From Clostridiales bacterium (lineage in GTDB: Bacteria; Bacillota; Clostridia; Oscillospirales; QAMX01), in the NCBI GenBank assembly GCA_012514045.1, contig JAAZBA010000059.1, positions 1 to 33,825 of the forward strand: 33,825 nucleotides of DNA, read 5' to 3'. Below, in pieces: positions 9,275-18,372 of this stretch (its first letter is position 1; every line of letters begins with the position of its first letter). Below the pieces are notes generated by a model that did no database searches, had not been told where the DNA came from, and saw nothing but the letters and a program-made list of their open reading frames with translations. Made by a program: the position numbers and the translations under genes.

Positions 9275-11278
9275 ATGGACAATATGCTGAACAATATGAA
9301 GGAAATACTCAGCCGTCAAGTCAGCGGTTTTCATCAATATGTGTTGACCGATCCTGTTCACCTGAGCTATGTCAGCCGTAATCTTTGTGAGATGATCGGT
9401 GTTCGTAAAGAAGAACTGCTGGATGACAGCAGCGATCGGTACGCACTGTTTGTGCATCCCGCTGATCGGAAGAAATATTCGGATTTTATAGAAAGACTTG
9501 CATGTAAAGATCAGACTCTTACCGAAGAGTATCGTCTCATAAAGAAAGACGGCACTGTAATTTGGGTAAGGGATATTGCTGCGTCTAAAAAGACATACAA
9601 GGGCATCCCTGTCGGCACTTCTGTTCTGACAGACATAACCGACCTGAAAAACGAAAATGACGATCTGCGGTTTTTAAATGAGACTATTCCCTGCGGTTTT
9701 TTGAAATACACCTGTGAGAAGCAGCCGAGAATAACCTATATCAATCAAAAAATGATCGATATACTGCGTCTTCCGGAGACAAGGGACGGAGAACTGGATT
9801 ATCTGGAAATGTATAAGAGCAACATTTTTCTGATGATTCCGATGGAGGAACGAAGAAGATTTTCAAAGTATCTTAACCGTGTTTATTCTTCGGAAACTCC
9901 CATTGCCGGAGAGATAGCTGTGCTTCGCTGTGACGGTACCCGTGCCTATTTATTCGGATGGGTTACAAAAGGCGTTAATGAACAAGGCGAAGCGGAGTTC
10001 CAAAGCGTTTGTATGGATATTACAGAACGATATCAAATGAGAAAGACGAGCGAAACTAAGCGTTATCTGAAAGCACTTACTGATGTCTACGATATGATTT
10101 TTGAATTTAATTTGGATGCTAACACCGTGAAATGCTTGCATAGCGATGAAAAATCATATTTTAAGAGATTTGAGGATATCGCGATGCAGATCGAAGATGC
10201 GCTGGAGAGATGGCTTCTTGTTTCGATTGCTCCCGAAAACCAGGACAATGTTCGCGGCTTTTTTAAGGATTTTTGCCAGAAAAGGCTTTACGAGGCTGAT
10301 TCGAAGCCGCCGCAAATAACCTACAGCGCGCTTTCCACTGATGGGACTATCAGAAATTATACAGGAGTTTTCATTAAAGTTGATGAATCGGTAAGTTTCT
10401 ATTGCTGCCGTAAAATGCAGGACGCTTCTAATACGGAAGCGCTGAAAAGCGAAAACGACCAGCTAAAAGAAGACATGCGGGATTTGGTTATGCGGTTTTC
10501 CGATGGTATCGCCGCTTTTGAGGTGTCGCCGAAAGGGCTGGTGAGGCCGCTGTACGCCAGCGAAAATGTGTGTGAGTTTTTCGGTTATACGAAAGAGGAA
10601 TGGCTTCCACTGACAACACGCTTTACACCTTTGGAAAATTTCGTAGCGTACAGCGAAGTAGCATATGAGGATTTTGCTGAGCTTCTCAGGAAAGGCGAGG
10701 CTGAGTTTTCCTATTTTGACGTTAAAACGGAAGCAGAGCGTAAAATCAAAGCCATCTGCTCACAAAGAGAGCAGAGCGGCGCATCTTCCAGGTACGTTAT
10801 GCTTTATGCCATAGAAGACACTGAGTCCGAAGAGAATAAGGTATTGCCTGAGAATAGCACCGTTTCTATTCGCACATTCGGGTACTTTGATGTGTTCGTC
10901 GGCGATAAGCCGATCGCGTTCCGCAACAAAAAATCAAAAGAGCTTTTGGCGCTTCTCGTCGATCGCAGAGGCGGATATGTTACATCTGAAGAGGCTATCG
11001 GGTTTTTGTGGGAAAATGAACCCGCCAACGCCATGACACTTTCCAGATATCGCAAGGTTGCGCTGCGATTGAAGAACACATTGGAAGAATATGGTATTCC
11101 GGACATTATTGAATCAGTTGACGGCAAACGTCGTATTGTAATGGAGGAAGTCCAATGCGATCTGTTCAATTATCTTTCCGGAAAAGAAGAATTCTCTCAG
11201 CTTTTCAAGGGTAGTTACCTGACAAATTACAGCTGGGGAGAAACAACTCTGGGAGAGCTGATGAGCAATCAGAAATAG
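9275..11278 (+). CDS. Multi-PAS one-component transcriptional regulator with C-terminal SARP/OmpR-type winged-helix (BTAD-like) DNA-binding domain
   Basis: 667 aa. There are at least three PAS-like modules (for example YVSRNLCEMIGVRKEELL...YRLIKKDGTVIWVRD..LTDITDLK, then ITYINQKMIDIL...LRCDGTRAYLFGWV..CMDITERY, then LYASENVCEFFGYTKEEW). The C-terminus is IRTFGYFDVFVGDKPIAFRNKKSKELLALLVDRRGGYVTSEEAIGFLW...LSRYRKVALRLKNTL...VQCDLFNYL, which is the SARP-type wHTH pattern. Confidence 0.7.
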   Translation: MDNMLNNMKEILSRQVSGFHQYVLTDPVHLSYVSRNLCEMIGVRKEELLDDSSDRYALFVHPADRKKYSDFIERLACKDQTLTEEYRLIKKDGTVIWVRDIAASKKTYKGIPVGTSVLTDITDLKNENDDLRFLNETIPCGFLKYTCEKQPRITYINQKMIDILRLPETRDGELDYLEMYKSNIFLMIPMEERRRFSKYLNRVYSSETPIAGEIAVLRCDGTRAYLFGWVTKGVNEQGEAEFQSVCMDITERYQMRKTSETKRYLKALTDVYDMIFEFNLDANTVKCLHSDEKSYFKRFEDIAMQIEDALERWLLVSIAPENQDNVRGFFKDFCQKRLYEADSKPPQITYSALSTDGTIRNYTGVFIKVDESVSFYCCRKMQDASNTEALKSENDQLKEDMRDLVMRFSDGIAAFEVSPKGLVRPLYASENVCEFFGYTKEEWLPLTTRFTPLENFVAYSEVAYEDFAELLRKGEAEFSYFDVKTEAERKIKAICSQREQSGASSRYVMLYAIEDTESEENKVLPENSTVSIRTFGYFDVFVGDKPIAFRNKKSKELLALLVDRRGGYVTSEEAIGFLWENEPANAMTLSRYRKVALRLKNTLEEYGIPDIIESVDGKRRIVMEEVQCDLFNYLSGKEEFSQLFKGSYLTNYSWGETTLGELMSNQK

Positions 11279-11287
11279 AGGATTGAT

Positions 11288-11695
11288 ATGAGCAAGTACA
11301 TCCATAAGGTCAATTATTATGAGACCGATAAAATGGGGATAACCCACCATTCAAATTATATTCGCTTTATGGAAGAGGCAAGATTGAATTTTTTGTCTGA
11401 AATAGGTTATCCGATGACACGTCTAGAGGCCGAAGGCATCACTTCGCCTGTGGTATCGGTAAGCTGTGAGTATAAGTACACCACCACCTATAGCGATGAA
11501 ATTGAGATTGAGGTAAGCGTAGCTGGGTACAATGGAGTAAAACTGACACTTTTCTACGAAATGAGGAACAAACAGAATGATGTATTGATAGCAACCGCTT
11601 CATCTGTTAATTGCTTTATTGATGAAAATGGAAAACCGATCGCATTGAGAAAATATGTTCCCGATTTTGATGATATATTAAAAACAATAGATTGA
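11288..11695 (+). CDS. Acyl-CoA thioesterase, 4HBT/YbgC-type hotdog fold
   Basis: 135 aa. N-terminal VNYYETDKMGITHHSNYIRFMEEAR carries the catalytic Asp context of 4HBT-class thioesterases. The gene starts 9 nt after the regulator stop. Confidence 0.8.
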   Translation: MSKYIHKVNYYETDKMGITHHSNYIRFMEEARLNFLSEIGYPMTRLEAEGITSPVVSVSCEYKYTTTYSDEIEIEVSVAGYNGVKLTLFYEMRNKQNDVLIATASSVNCFIDENGKPIALRKYVPDFDDILKTID

Positions 11696-11710
11696 CCGTA
11701 TAAATAAAAA

Positions 11711-11750
11711 AGAAAGCGATACATTTTAAGTTATCGCTTTCTTTTGTTTT
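11711..11750. terminator. Bidirectional rho-independent terminator shared by the convergent + and - operons
   Basis: The stem is AGAAAGCGATA (11711-11721) / TATCGCTTTCT (11732-11742) with a 10-nt loop. An A-run lies 5' and TTTGTTTTT lies 3', so a U-tract follows the hairpin on either strand. Confidence 0.85.
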
Positions 11751-11779
11751 TAAATATTTGATTTTATAAAGAATCCTTT

Positions 11780-13363
11780 TTACTTAAGTCCGGATAGCAT
11801 TGACAGAGTCTCTTCAACGAGTCTCTGTCCCCCCTCAGGAGAAACTGCGTTGCAGAACACGCTGGCGGAATAGCCCTTGCCGGCGACACCGCGCTCTGTT
11901 GCGAGGTATGACCCGCTGCCTCTGCCATCCGGCTGACCACAGAGCTGCACGATAAAAGTCTGCGCAAAGGGGCTTCTCGCCTGAATGCGGTGCATGAAGT
12001 CCATATACAGCTCGAACTGACTTGTCGCGAAGGCTATGTTGCCGACCTTTACGGCGTGAACTTCGGCGGAAAACGTTGGCTTAATTTTCGAAGCTTCATA
12101 TCTCTGCGCTATGCGGACAAAACGGTTGCGCTTCGATTTTAGAATGGAGTTGTAGTCAAGATTTTCTTTCGCGCTGCCTATGTCGAATTTGAACGGCTCC
12201 TTCTTGAGCTGCTCTATACTTTCAAGCGCGGTATTGTACTGTTCCTCACTTATATCACGTCTCTCAAGCTCCAGAGTGCGAACTTCGTGCGCAAGCGCCG
12301 CGCCGTAATCTATGTCGTTCTTCGCCCAGCTGTATATCTCCTCAACCGCAAAGCATACCCGCTCGGCTATATCCCTGCGCGCAAGCTCCTCGACACGTCC
12401 GGTTACGTCATCTACACCATACTTGAGCATAAAACGTCTGTTCTGCGCTTTTTTATAGTGTAGTATACGCGGCGACAGATCACCGCCGGCGGCGCACTGA
12501 GCGAGGATAGGGATGTTCCCGAGCTTTTCACGCACGGCTTTTTTCACATCGTGCCAGTAGTCGGCGCTTATAAGCTGGCTGTATTCGCTTTCTGAGCACT
12601 GGGAGGGGCAGGGGATATTGATGACCGCGCCTGTCAGTTTCTTTTCGGTATCGAAAGCAAACATTACGTTTACGGTGTGGTCTGCGCCGGCCTCGTAGTG
12701 GCTGAATTGTTCGTCATCTGTGTTTCCGTACATGACTGCGTGACCGTGCACAGCGGTGAGCGAATTGAGCTCTACTCCGGGACGCTTGGAATAGTCGTCA
12801 AAATAGACAGTTCTGCGGCTGTGCGCGACGACAGCATAGCCGTAACCATAGGCGATGCCCGTCTCGCGGCGCGTTTCGTAGGCTTCAATTATAGCGTCTG
12901 ACACTTGCTCCGCGACATAGTCTCTATATTCATCGCTCGACGATATTTGCATTCCCGGGCGCGGGACATCCATAAAGGACTGAGGGATATACGTTTCCAA
13001 TTCTTTTTTGAGCTGTTCCTCGGAAAATCGCTCAATCAGCGTCTCATCGAGCTTACCGCCGTCGTAATAATGGCTAGCGGCATTGTGGGAATGGGTCATG
13101 AAGGCGATTATTTTGCTCTCTGTCAGCTGTGGACACTTATTTACCGCTTTTCCACGGATTTCATCTGTGATCCACTTGCGCATACTCGTGCCGTCTATCG
13201 AAACAAAAACAGTGACGTCTCCTCCATTCTCAAGCACGAGCGCCGTCGTTGTCAGCGGATCCACAACGCCTTCGGATATTCTCATATTGTGATGTCCGGG
13301 GATATGGGACGGACCCTTCGGAGTGATGTCGCGCTCCGCCCAGCCTGCTTTCAGTTTTCCCAT
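11780..13363 (-). CDS. Ceramidase-like putative metallohydrolase, tandem paralog 1 (last gene of operon; subclade A)
   Basis: 527 aa with no signal peptide. It shares the family blocks GWAERDITP, THSH, HSRRTVYFDD, HGHAVMYG, HYEAGADH, NIPCPSQ, ADYWHD, GDLSPR, RRDIAERV, FELYMDFMHRIQARSPF and GSYLATERG..GKGYSAS. The CDS is certain but the family name is tentative. Confidence 0.6.
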   Translation of the reverse strand: MGKLKAGWAERDITPKGPSHIPGHHNMRISEGVVDPLTTTALVLENGGDVTVFVSIDGTSMRKWITDEIRGKAVNKCPQLTESKIIAFMTHSHNAASHYYDGGKLDETLIERFSEEQLKKELETYIPQSFMDVPRPGMQISSSDEYRDYVAEQVSDAIIEAYETRRETGIAYGYGYAVVAHSRRTVYFDDYSKRPGVELNSLTAVHGHAVMYGNTDDEQFSHYEAGADHTVNVMFAFDTEKKLTGAVINIPCPSQCSESEYSQLISADYWHDVKKAVREKLGNIPILAQCAAGGDLSPRILHYKKAQNRRFMLKYGVDDVTGRVEELARRDIAERVCFAVEEIYSWAKNDIDYGAALAHEVRTLELERRDISEEQYNTALESIEQLKKEPFKFDIGSAKENLDYNSILKSKRNRFVRIAQRYEASKIKPTFSAEVHAVKVGNIAFATSQFELYMDFMHRIQARSPFAQTFIVQLCGQPDGRGSGSYLATERGVAGKGYSASVFCNAVSPEGGQRLVEETLSMLSGLK

Positions 13364-13406
13364 ACTGTTATGATCCTTTCGCTGTATTATGCGAGGTTAT
13401 TACATG

Positions 13407-13436
13407 CAGCCACCCGAACTTCTATCCGGGCGGCTG
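13407..13436 (-). other. Intercistronic stem-loop between paralogs 2 and 1
   Basis: On the minus-strand RNA, CAGCCGCCCG / CGGGUGGCUG form a 10-bp stem (one G-U pair) with a 10-nt loop and no U-tract. Confidence 0.4.
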
Positions 13437-13451
13437 TGGATTGATTATTCT

Positions 13452-15056
13452 TTAGTCGCTGAGTTTGCGCAACTCTTCAAGAGTTTTTTCGACAAGCTCC
13501 TGACCGCCCTCGTATGAGACAACGTTACAGAACCTCGACGCGGAATACCCTTTGCCCTCATTGGCGCGCTCGGTGCACAGATAAGATCCGGAGTTTGCCA
13601 AGGGCTGCGCGCACAACTGAACAATAAAAGTCTGGCGGAAGGGACTTCTCGCCTGGATACGGTGCATGAAGTCCATATAGAGCTCAAACTGATTCGAGGC
13701 GAATGCGATGTCGCCGATGCGAATAATATGAACCTCGGTGCTGTGCTTGTCGCTCTGCTTCTGGCTTTCGTAGCGAAGCATCAAAGCCTTGTTGCGAAGC
13801 GCCTGAGACGGTCCGACAGAACGCTGCTCAAGCTGCTCTATCTCGTCACCTTCAATTTTCTCGGGTTTCATGTTCATATACATCTCGTAATCGCTTTTGG
13901 AAATCTCGTACTCCTCATCGGTGATCATTCTGCGTGAAAGCTCAAACGTCTTAACAGTGTGCTTTACCGGCGCATCGTAGACAATGGCTTTCTTAGCCCA
14001 CGCCAGCGCCTCGTCAAAGGCATACGCGACTCTCTCGGCAATATCGCGGCGAGCGTACAGCTCGCGGTTGATGTTTTCAGGCTGAGAATCGTCGTAAATG
14101 CCCTCATATTTGAGGCGGAAGCGGCGGTCCTGAGCCTTCCTGTAGTGCATAATACGCGGAGAAAGGTCTCCGCTGGCGGCAGCCTGACCGATCAGCGGAA
14201 TGTCACCGTATCTCGCGTGGATTTCGCGGCGGATATCCGTCCAGTAGTCGGCGGTGACGCCGCGCAAGCCCTCGGTATTCTGGGAAGGGCACGGAATATT
14301 GACGACAGCTCCCGTCAAATTGCCCTTTGTGTCGAAGGTATAGAGGAGGTTGACCGTATGGTCGGCGCCCGCCTCATAGTGACTGAACTGCTCGTCATTT
14401 GGATTGCCGTACATCATCGCGTGGCCGTGAAGCGCAGTGGCGGCGTTTAGCTTTACGCCAGGACGCTTTGAAATATCGTCGAAGTAGACTGTTCTGCGGC
14501 TGTGAGAGACGACAGCGAAGCCGTAAGCCGCGGAAATGCCGCCCTCGGCGCGGTTGGCATACGCCTCACAGATGGCGTCAGACGCCTGCTCGGTGAGAAA
14601 ATCGCGGTAATCGTCGCCGCTCATGACATCGAGTCCGCCCAGATCCACATAACTGCGAAGCGACATTATCTCGGTGCGTTCGCGCTCTTTTTCAAGCTGC
14701 TCCCGTGTGTAGCCGAGCTTCATTAGGCGGTCCAGGTTCAGCTTCTCCCTCGTGTCGTGGCGCTGGTCAGGACCGGTGTGCGCGTGAGTGGAGTTTGCGA
14801 GTATCTTCCACACGTCGATTTCGGGGTTCTTCTCCATGACTTTCGCGCGAATCTCGTCGATTACGAAAGGCATGAGCGACATACAGTCGACAGACAGGAA
14901 TATAGCCGTATCGTCACCGCCGTCGACGACGAGGGCGGTACAGCTTATCGGGTCGTATACGCCTCTCGAGAAGCGGTAAACAATATGTCCGGGCAAGTCA
15001 GTGAGCTTATCGACGGTTATGTCGCGCCTCGCCCATCCGATTTTAAGAGTTCCCAT
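13452..15056 (-). CDS. Ceramidase-like putative metallohydrolase, tandem paralog 2 (subclade B)
   Basis: 534 aa with the same invariant blocks. It carries the subclade-B insert after THAHTGP (..KLNLDRLMKLGYTREQL..). AAGGAG RBS 8 nt upstream. Confidence 0.6.
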   Translation of the reverse strand: MGTLKIGWARRDITVDKLTDLPGHIVYRFSRGVYDPISCTALVVDGGDDTAIFLSVDCMSLMPFVIDEIRAKVMEKNPEIDVWKILANSTHAHTGPDQRHDTREKLNLDRLMKLGYTREQLEKERERTEIMSLRSYVDLGGLDVMSGDDYRDFLTEQASDAICEAYANRAEGGISAAYGFAVVSHSRRTVYFDDISKRPGVKLNAATALHGHAMMYGNPNDEQFSHYEAGADHTVNLLYTFDTKGNLTGAVVNIPCPSQNTEGLRGVTADYWTDIRREIHARYGDIPLIGQAAASGDLSPRIMHYRKAQDRRFRLKYEGIYDDSQPENINRELYARRDIAERVAYAFDEALAWAKKAIVYDAPVKHTVKTFELSRRMITDEEYEISKSDYEMYMNMKPEKIEGDEIEQLEQRSVGPSQALRNKALMLRYESQKQSDKHSTEVHIIRIGDIAFASNQFELYMDFMHRIQARSPFRQTFIVQLCAQPLANSGSYLCTERANEGKGYSASRFCNVVSYEGGQELVEKTLEELRKLSD

Positions 15057-15095
15057 ATTGAAGTCTCCTTAGCTTTGTGACTTAGTTGTTTAGAC

Positions 15096-16706
15096 TTAAT
15101 TCTCGTGTATTTTGTTTAGCATTTCGAGTGTGCCCTCGACAAGATCCTGTCCTCCTTTTACAGAGGCGAGGTTATCGTACATGCTGGTGGAATAGCCCTT
15201 GTTCTCGAACGCTCTCTGAGTGCATATATATGTTTCTCCCCCTCTGAGCGTCATTCCGCAAAGCTGCACGACGAAGGTCTGTCCGAAGGGGCTTCTCGCC
15301 TGAATGCGGTGCATGAAGTCCATATACAGCTCAAATGTGTTCGTGGCAAACGCCATATCATCAACACGGACGGCGTGAACTTCGGCGGCAACCTTTTTGT
15401 CGGGCGACTGATTGTTATATCGGTGGATAACATGCTTTAGTCTTATGATGGACGCGGGGTAATTTGAGAGCTCGACGAGTCTGAAGTATGGATCGTCGCT
15501 GGTCGCGGTCTGCTCACGCTGCTCGTAGTCGGCAAGCATATCGACGGCGAGCTTGTATTCCTCGTCAGTGATAAGTCTCGGGTCGAGCTGAAGAAGTTTC
15601 GTCTCGTGCTTCAGAGTAATGTCGCGGCGGATGTCCTTCTTCGCCCAGGAAAGCACCTCGTCAAACGCCCAGCAGATCCTCTCCGCTATGTCACGGCGGT
15701 TTTTAAGCTCTCTGTTCTGTATCTCATTCTGCTGCGGGTCGGTTTCCTCGCCGAATTTGAGGTTGAGACGGCGGTCAAACGCCTTTTTGTAGTGCATCAT
15801 GTGGGGCGACAGGTCGCCGGCGGCAGCGCACTGGGGCAGTATAGGAATGTTGCCGTATTTCGCTCTCAGCTCGCGCTTTACATCGCACCAGTAGTCGGCG
15901 GTGAGCATATTCATGCCTTCGGAGCACTGGGAAGGGCAGGGCACGTTGATTACCGCGCCATTCAGCTTGTCGTTTTCATCGAAGGTAAAGAGAATATTAA
16001 CAAAATGGTCGGCTCCCGCCTCGTAATGGCTGAACTGGGGATCCGTTGTGTCGCCGTACATCATGGCGTGGCCGTGGACAGCGGTTCTCGCGTTGCGCTC
16101 GACACCCGGGCGCTTGGAAAGATCGTCAAAATAGACGGCGCGGCGGCTGTGACCGACAACGGCGTAGCCGTAGCCGTAGGAGAAACCGCCATACTTGCGG
16201 TTGGCGTAAGCTTCGCATATCGCGTCTGATGCGAGATCGGTGAAATATTCGCGGGAGTCATCTCCGTCGCCTATCTCGATGTCACCGTTGTCGACGTAAT
16301 TAAAGAGCGACGCCCCTTCCTCATACTCCGCGACAGCCCTGATCGTCTCCTCTGAGTAGCCAAGCTTACAAAGGCGCTCTATGTTAAGTTTTCCCGGAAT
16401 TTCGTGGTCATAGCTGGGGCCGGTGTGGGCGTGGGTGGTGTTTGCGATGATTTTCCACACATCTATCTCGGGATTTTTCTCGAGAACTTTGGCGCGTATT
16501 TCATCAAGGGCAAAGGCGCGCAGCGCCATACCGTCGACGGAGAGGAAAATCGCGATATCCTCACCGTTTTCGAGGACGAGCGCTGTCGTCGTCAACGGGT
16601 CATGAACGCCGTCGCGGGGAAAGTGGTAAGCGAGATGACCGGGGAGGTTTATCATCTTTCTGTAGGTGATGTCTCTTTCTGCCCAGCCGATTTTAAGTTT
16701 TCCCAT
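15096..16706 (-). CDS. Ceramidase-like putative metallohydrolase, tandem paralog 3 (subclade B)
   Basis: 536 aa with the same invariant blocks. After THAHTGP comes ..KLNIERLCKLGYSEETI.., as in paralog 2. Confidence 0.6.
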   Translation of the reverse strand: MGKLKIGWAERDITYRKMINLPGHLAYHFPRDGVHDPLTTTALVLENGEDIAIFLSVDGMALRAFALDEIRAKVLEKNPEIDVWKIIANTTHAHTGPSYDHEIPGKLNIERLCKLGYSEETIRAVAEYEEGASLFNYVDNGDIEIGDGDDSREYFTDLASDAICEAYANRKYGGFSYGYGYAVVGHSRRAVYFDDLSKRPGVERNARTAVHGHAMMYGDTTDPQFSHYEAGADHFVNILFTFDENDKLNGAVINVPCPSQCSEGMNMLTADYWCDVKRELRAKYGNIPILPQCAAAGDLSPHMMHYKKAFDRRLNLKFGEETDPQQNEIQNRELKNRRDIAERICWAFDEVLSWAKKDIRRDITLKHETKLLQLDPRLITDEEYKLAVDMLADYEQREQTATSDDPYFRLVELSNYPASIIRLKHVIHRYNNQSPDKKVAAEVHAVRVDDMAFATNTFELYMDFMHRIQARSPFGQTFVVQLCGMTLRGGETYICTQRAFENKGYSTSMYDNLASVKGGQDLVEGTLEMLNKIHEN

Positions 16707-16775
16707 ACCGTTTCCTTTCTTTTTTTAACGCTTTCTCTCCCCGGAGGAAGGGAAGCGATGAGAATAATATATTTA

Positions 16776-18368
16776 TCAGTCAGCCAGTTCGTTTAGGATA
16801 TCAAGCGTTCTGTTGACCATTTCCTGGCCTCCCTCACAGGAGACGAGGTTGCAGAACATGGAAGCGGAGTAACCTCTTCCTTCACGAGCGCGCTCGGTAC
16901 ACAGGTAGGAACCGCCTTCCATGCCGGGCTGACCGGCAATCTGTACGATGAAGGTCTGCTCAAAGGGGCTTCTTGCCTGAATGCGGTGCATATAATCCAT
17001 ATAAAGCTCGAAGCGGTTGGAGGCAAAAGCGATATCACCGATCCTGATGACGTGCATCTCCATCGGGAATTTCTTCTCTGTCTTCTGGTTTTTGTAGCGG
17101 TCTATTATTTTGCTGAAACGGTTGCGTTTGGACTTAAGGACGGAGTTGTTGTTGAGATTATGTCTTGCAGTTTCGAGGTCATAGCGATAATCTTCCTTGG
17201 CAAGCTCTTCGAGCTGCTGCAGAGAGTACTCATATTCCTCGTCTGTAATCATTCTCTTTGAAAGCTCGACGGTTTCAACGACGTGCGCGAGCTTTACGTC
17301 TTTCTTTATGTCCTTCTTAGCCCAGGAAAGAACCTCATCGAACGCCCACGCGACGCGCTCACCTATCTCAAGGCGCTCAATGTTCTCGCAATTGCCTTTG
17401 AGTTCTTCGGAGGTCTTGTCGTACTTGAGCGTGAACTTGTGGACTCTGGCATCTAGGTAGTACTGCTGATGGGGAGAAAGATCACCGCCGGCGGCGCACT
17501 GACCGAGTATTTTGATATCATCGCCGTACTTCGCGCGGATTTCTCTCTTTATGTCATGCCAGTAGTCTGCGGTGAGGTTAAGGTAGCATTGGCTTTCGGA
17601 CGCCTGCGACGGGCAGGGGATGTTGATTATTGCGCCGGTGAGCTTGTCTGCAGCGTCGAATGTGAACATGATGTTTATAAACGGATCGTCGCCTGCCTCA
17701 AAGTGGCTGAAGTTGTCGTCGTTGGTGTTGCCGTACATGACAGCGTGACCGTGGACAGCGGTAAGAGAGTTGAGCTCGACGTCCGGGCGTTTGGAATAGT
17801 CGTCGAAGTAGACGGTTCTGCGGCTTCTCGCGACGATGGCATAACCGTAGCCGTAACCGATACCGCCTTCTGCGCGCTTCTCATACGCCTCACAGATGGC
17901 TTCGGAGGCGCTCTGAGCGAGGAACTCGCGGTACTTGTCGCTTGACTCGATCTCCATGCCGGGGCGCGGCACATCCATGTAACTATTGGGGATGTACGAT
18001 GCCAGCATCGCCTTAAGCTGCTCGTCGGTGTACTGATCCTTGATATATTCGGAAAGCTCGCCTCCATCGTAGTAATGGCTCGGCGCCTCATGCGTATGGG
18101 TGGCGTTGGCAAGAATCTTCATTACGGGGATTTCGGGGTTTATTTTCGCGACTCTGCCGCGGATTTCGTCGAGCAGGAAGCAGCGGATAACGACGCAGTC
18201 GATGGAGAGGAATATCGCCATATCATCGCCGGAGTCGACAACGAGCGCTGTTGTCGTGATGGGGTCCATGACGCCGACAGAGATTCTCATATTGAAGTGT
18301 CCGGGTATAAAATGCGGTCCCGAGGGCGTAACATCGCGTTCCGCCCAGCCTATTTTAATAGTACCCAT
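16776..18368 (-). CDS. Ceramidase-like paralog 4 (subclade A), lacking two otherwise invariant histidines
   Basis: 530 aa with the family blocks present. However it has ARSRRTVYFDD instead of HSRR, HFEAGDDPF instead of EAGADH, and LEIGERV instead of RRDIAERV. Its GGAGG RBS lies inside the 3' end of paralog 5, with a 4-nt gap between the genes. Confidence 0.6.
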   Translation of the reverse strand: MGTIKIGWAERDVTPSGPHFIPGHFNMRISVGVMDPITTTALVVDSGDDMAIFLSIDCVVIRCFLLDEIRGRVAKINPEIPVMKILANATHTHEAPSHYYDGGELSEYIKDQYTDEQLKAMLASYIPNSYMDVPRPGMEIESSDKYREFLAQSASEAICEAYEKRAEGGIGYGYGYAIVARSRRTVYFDDYSKRPDVELNSLTAVHGHAVMYGNTNDDNFSHFEAGDDPFINIMFTFDAADKLTGAIINIPCPSQASESQCYLNLTADYWHDIKREIRAKYGDDIKILGQCAAGGDLSPHQQYYLDARVHKFTLKYDKTSEELKGNCENIERLEIGERVAWAFDEVLSWAKKDIKKDVKLAHVVETVELSKRMITDEEYEYSLQQLEELAKEDYRYDLETARHNLNNNSVLKSKRNRFSKIIDRYKNQKTEKKFPMEMHVIRIGDIAFASNRFELYMDYMHRIQARSPFEQTFIVQIAGQPGMEGGSYLCTERAREGRGYSASMFCNLVSCEGGQEMVNRTLDILNELAD

Positions 18369-18372
18369 TTTT

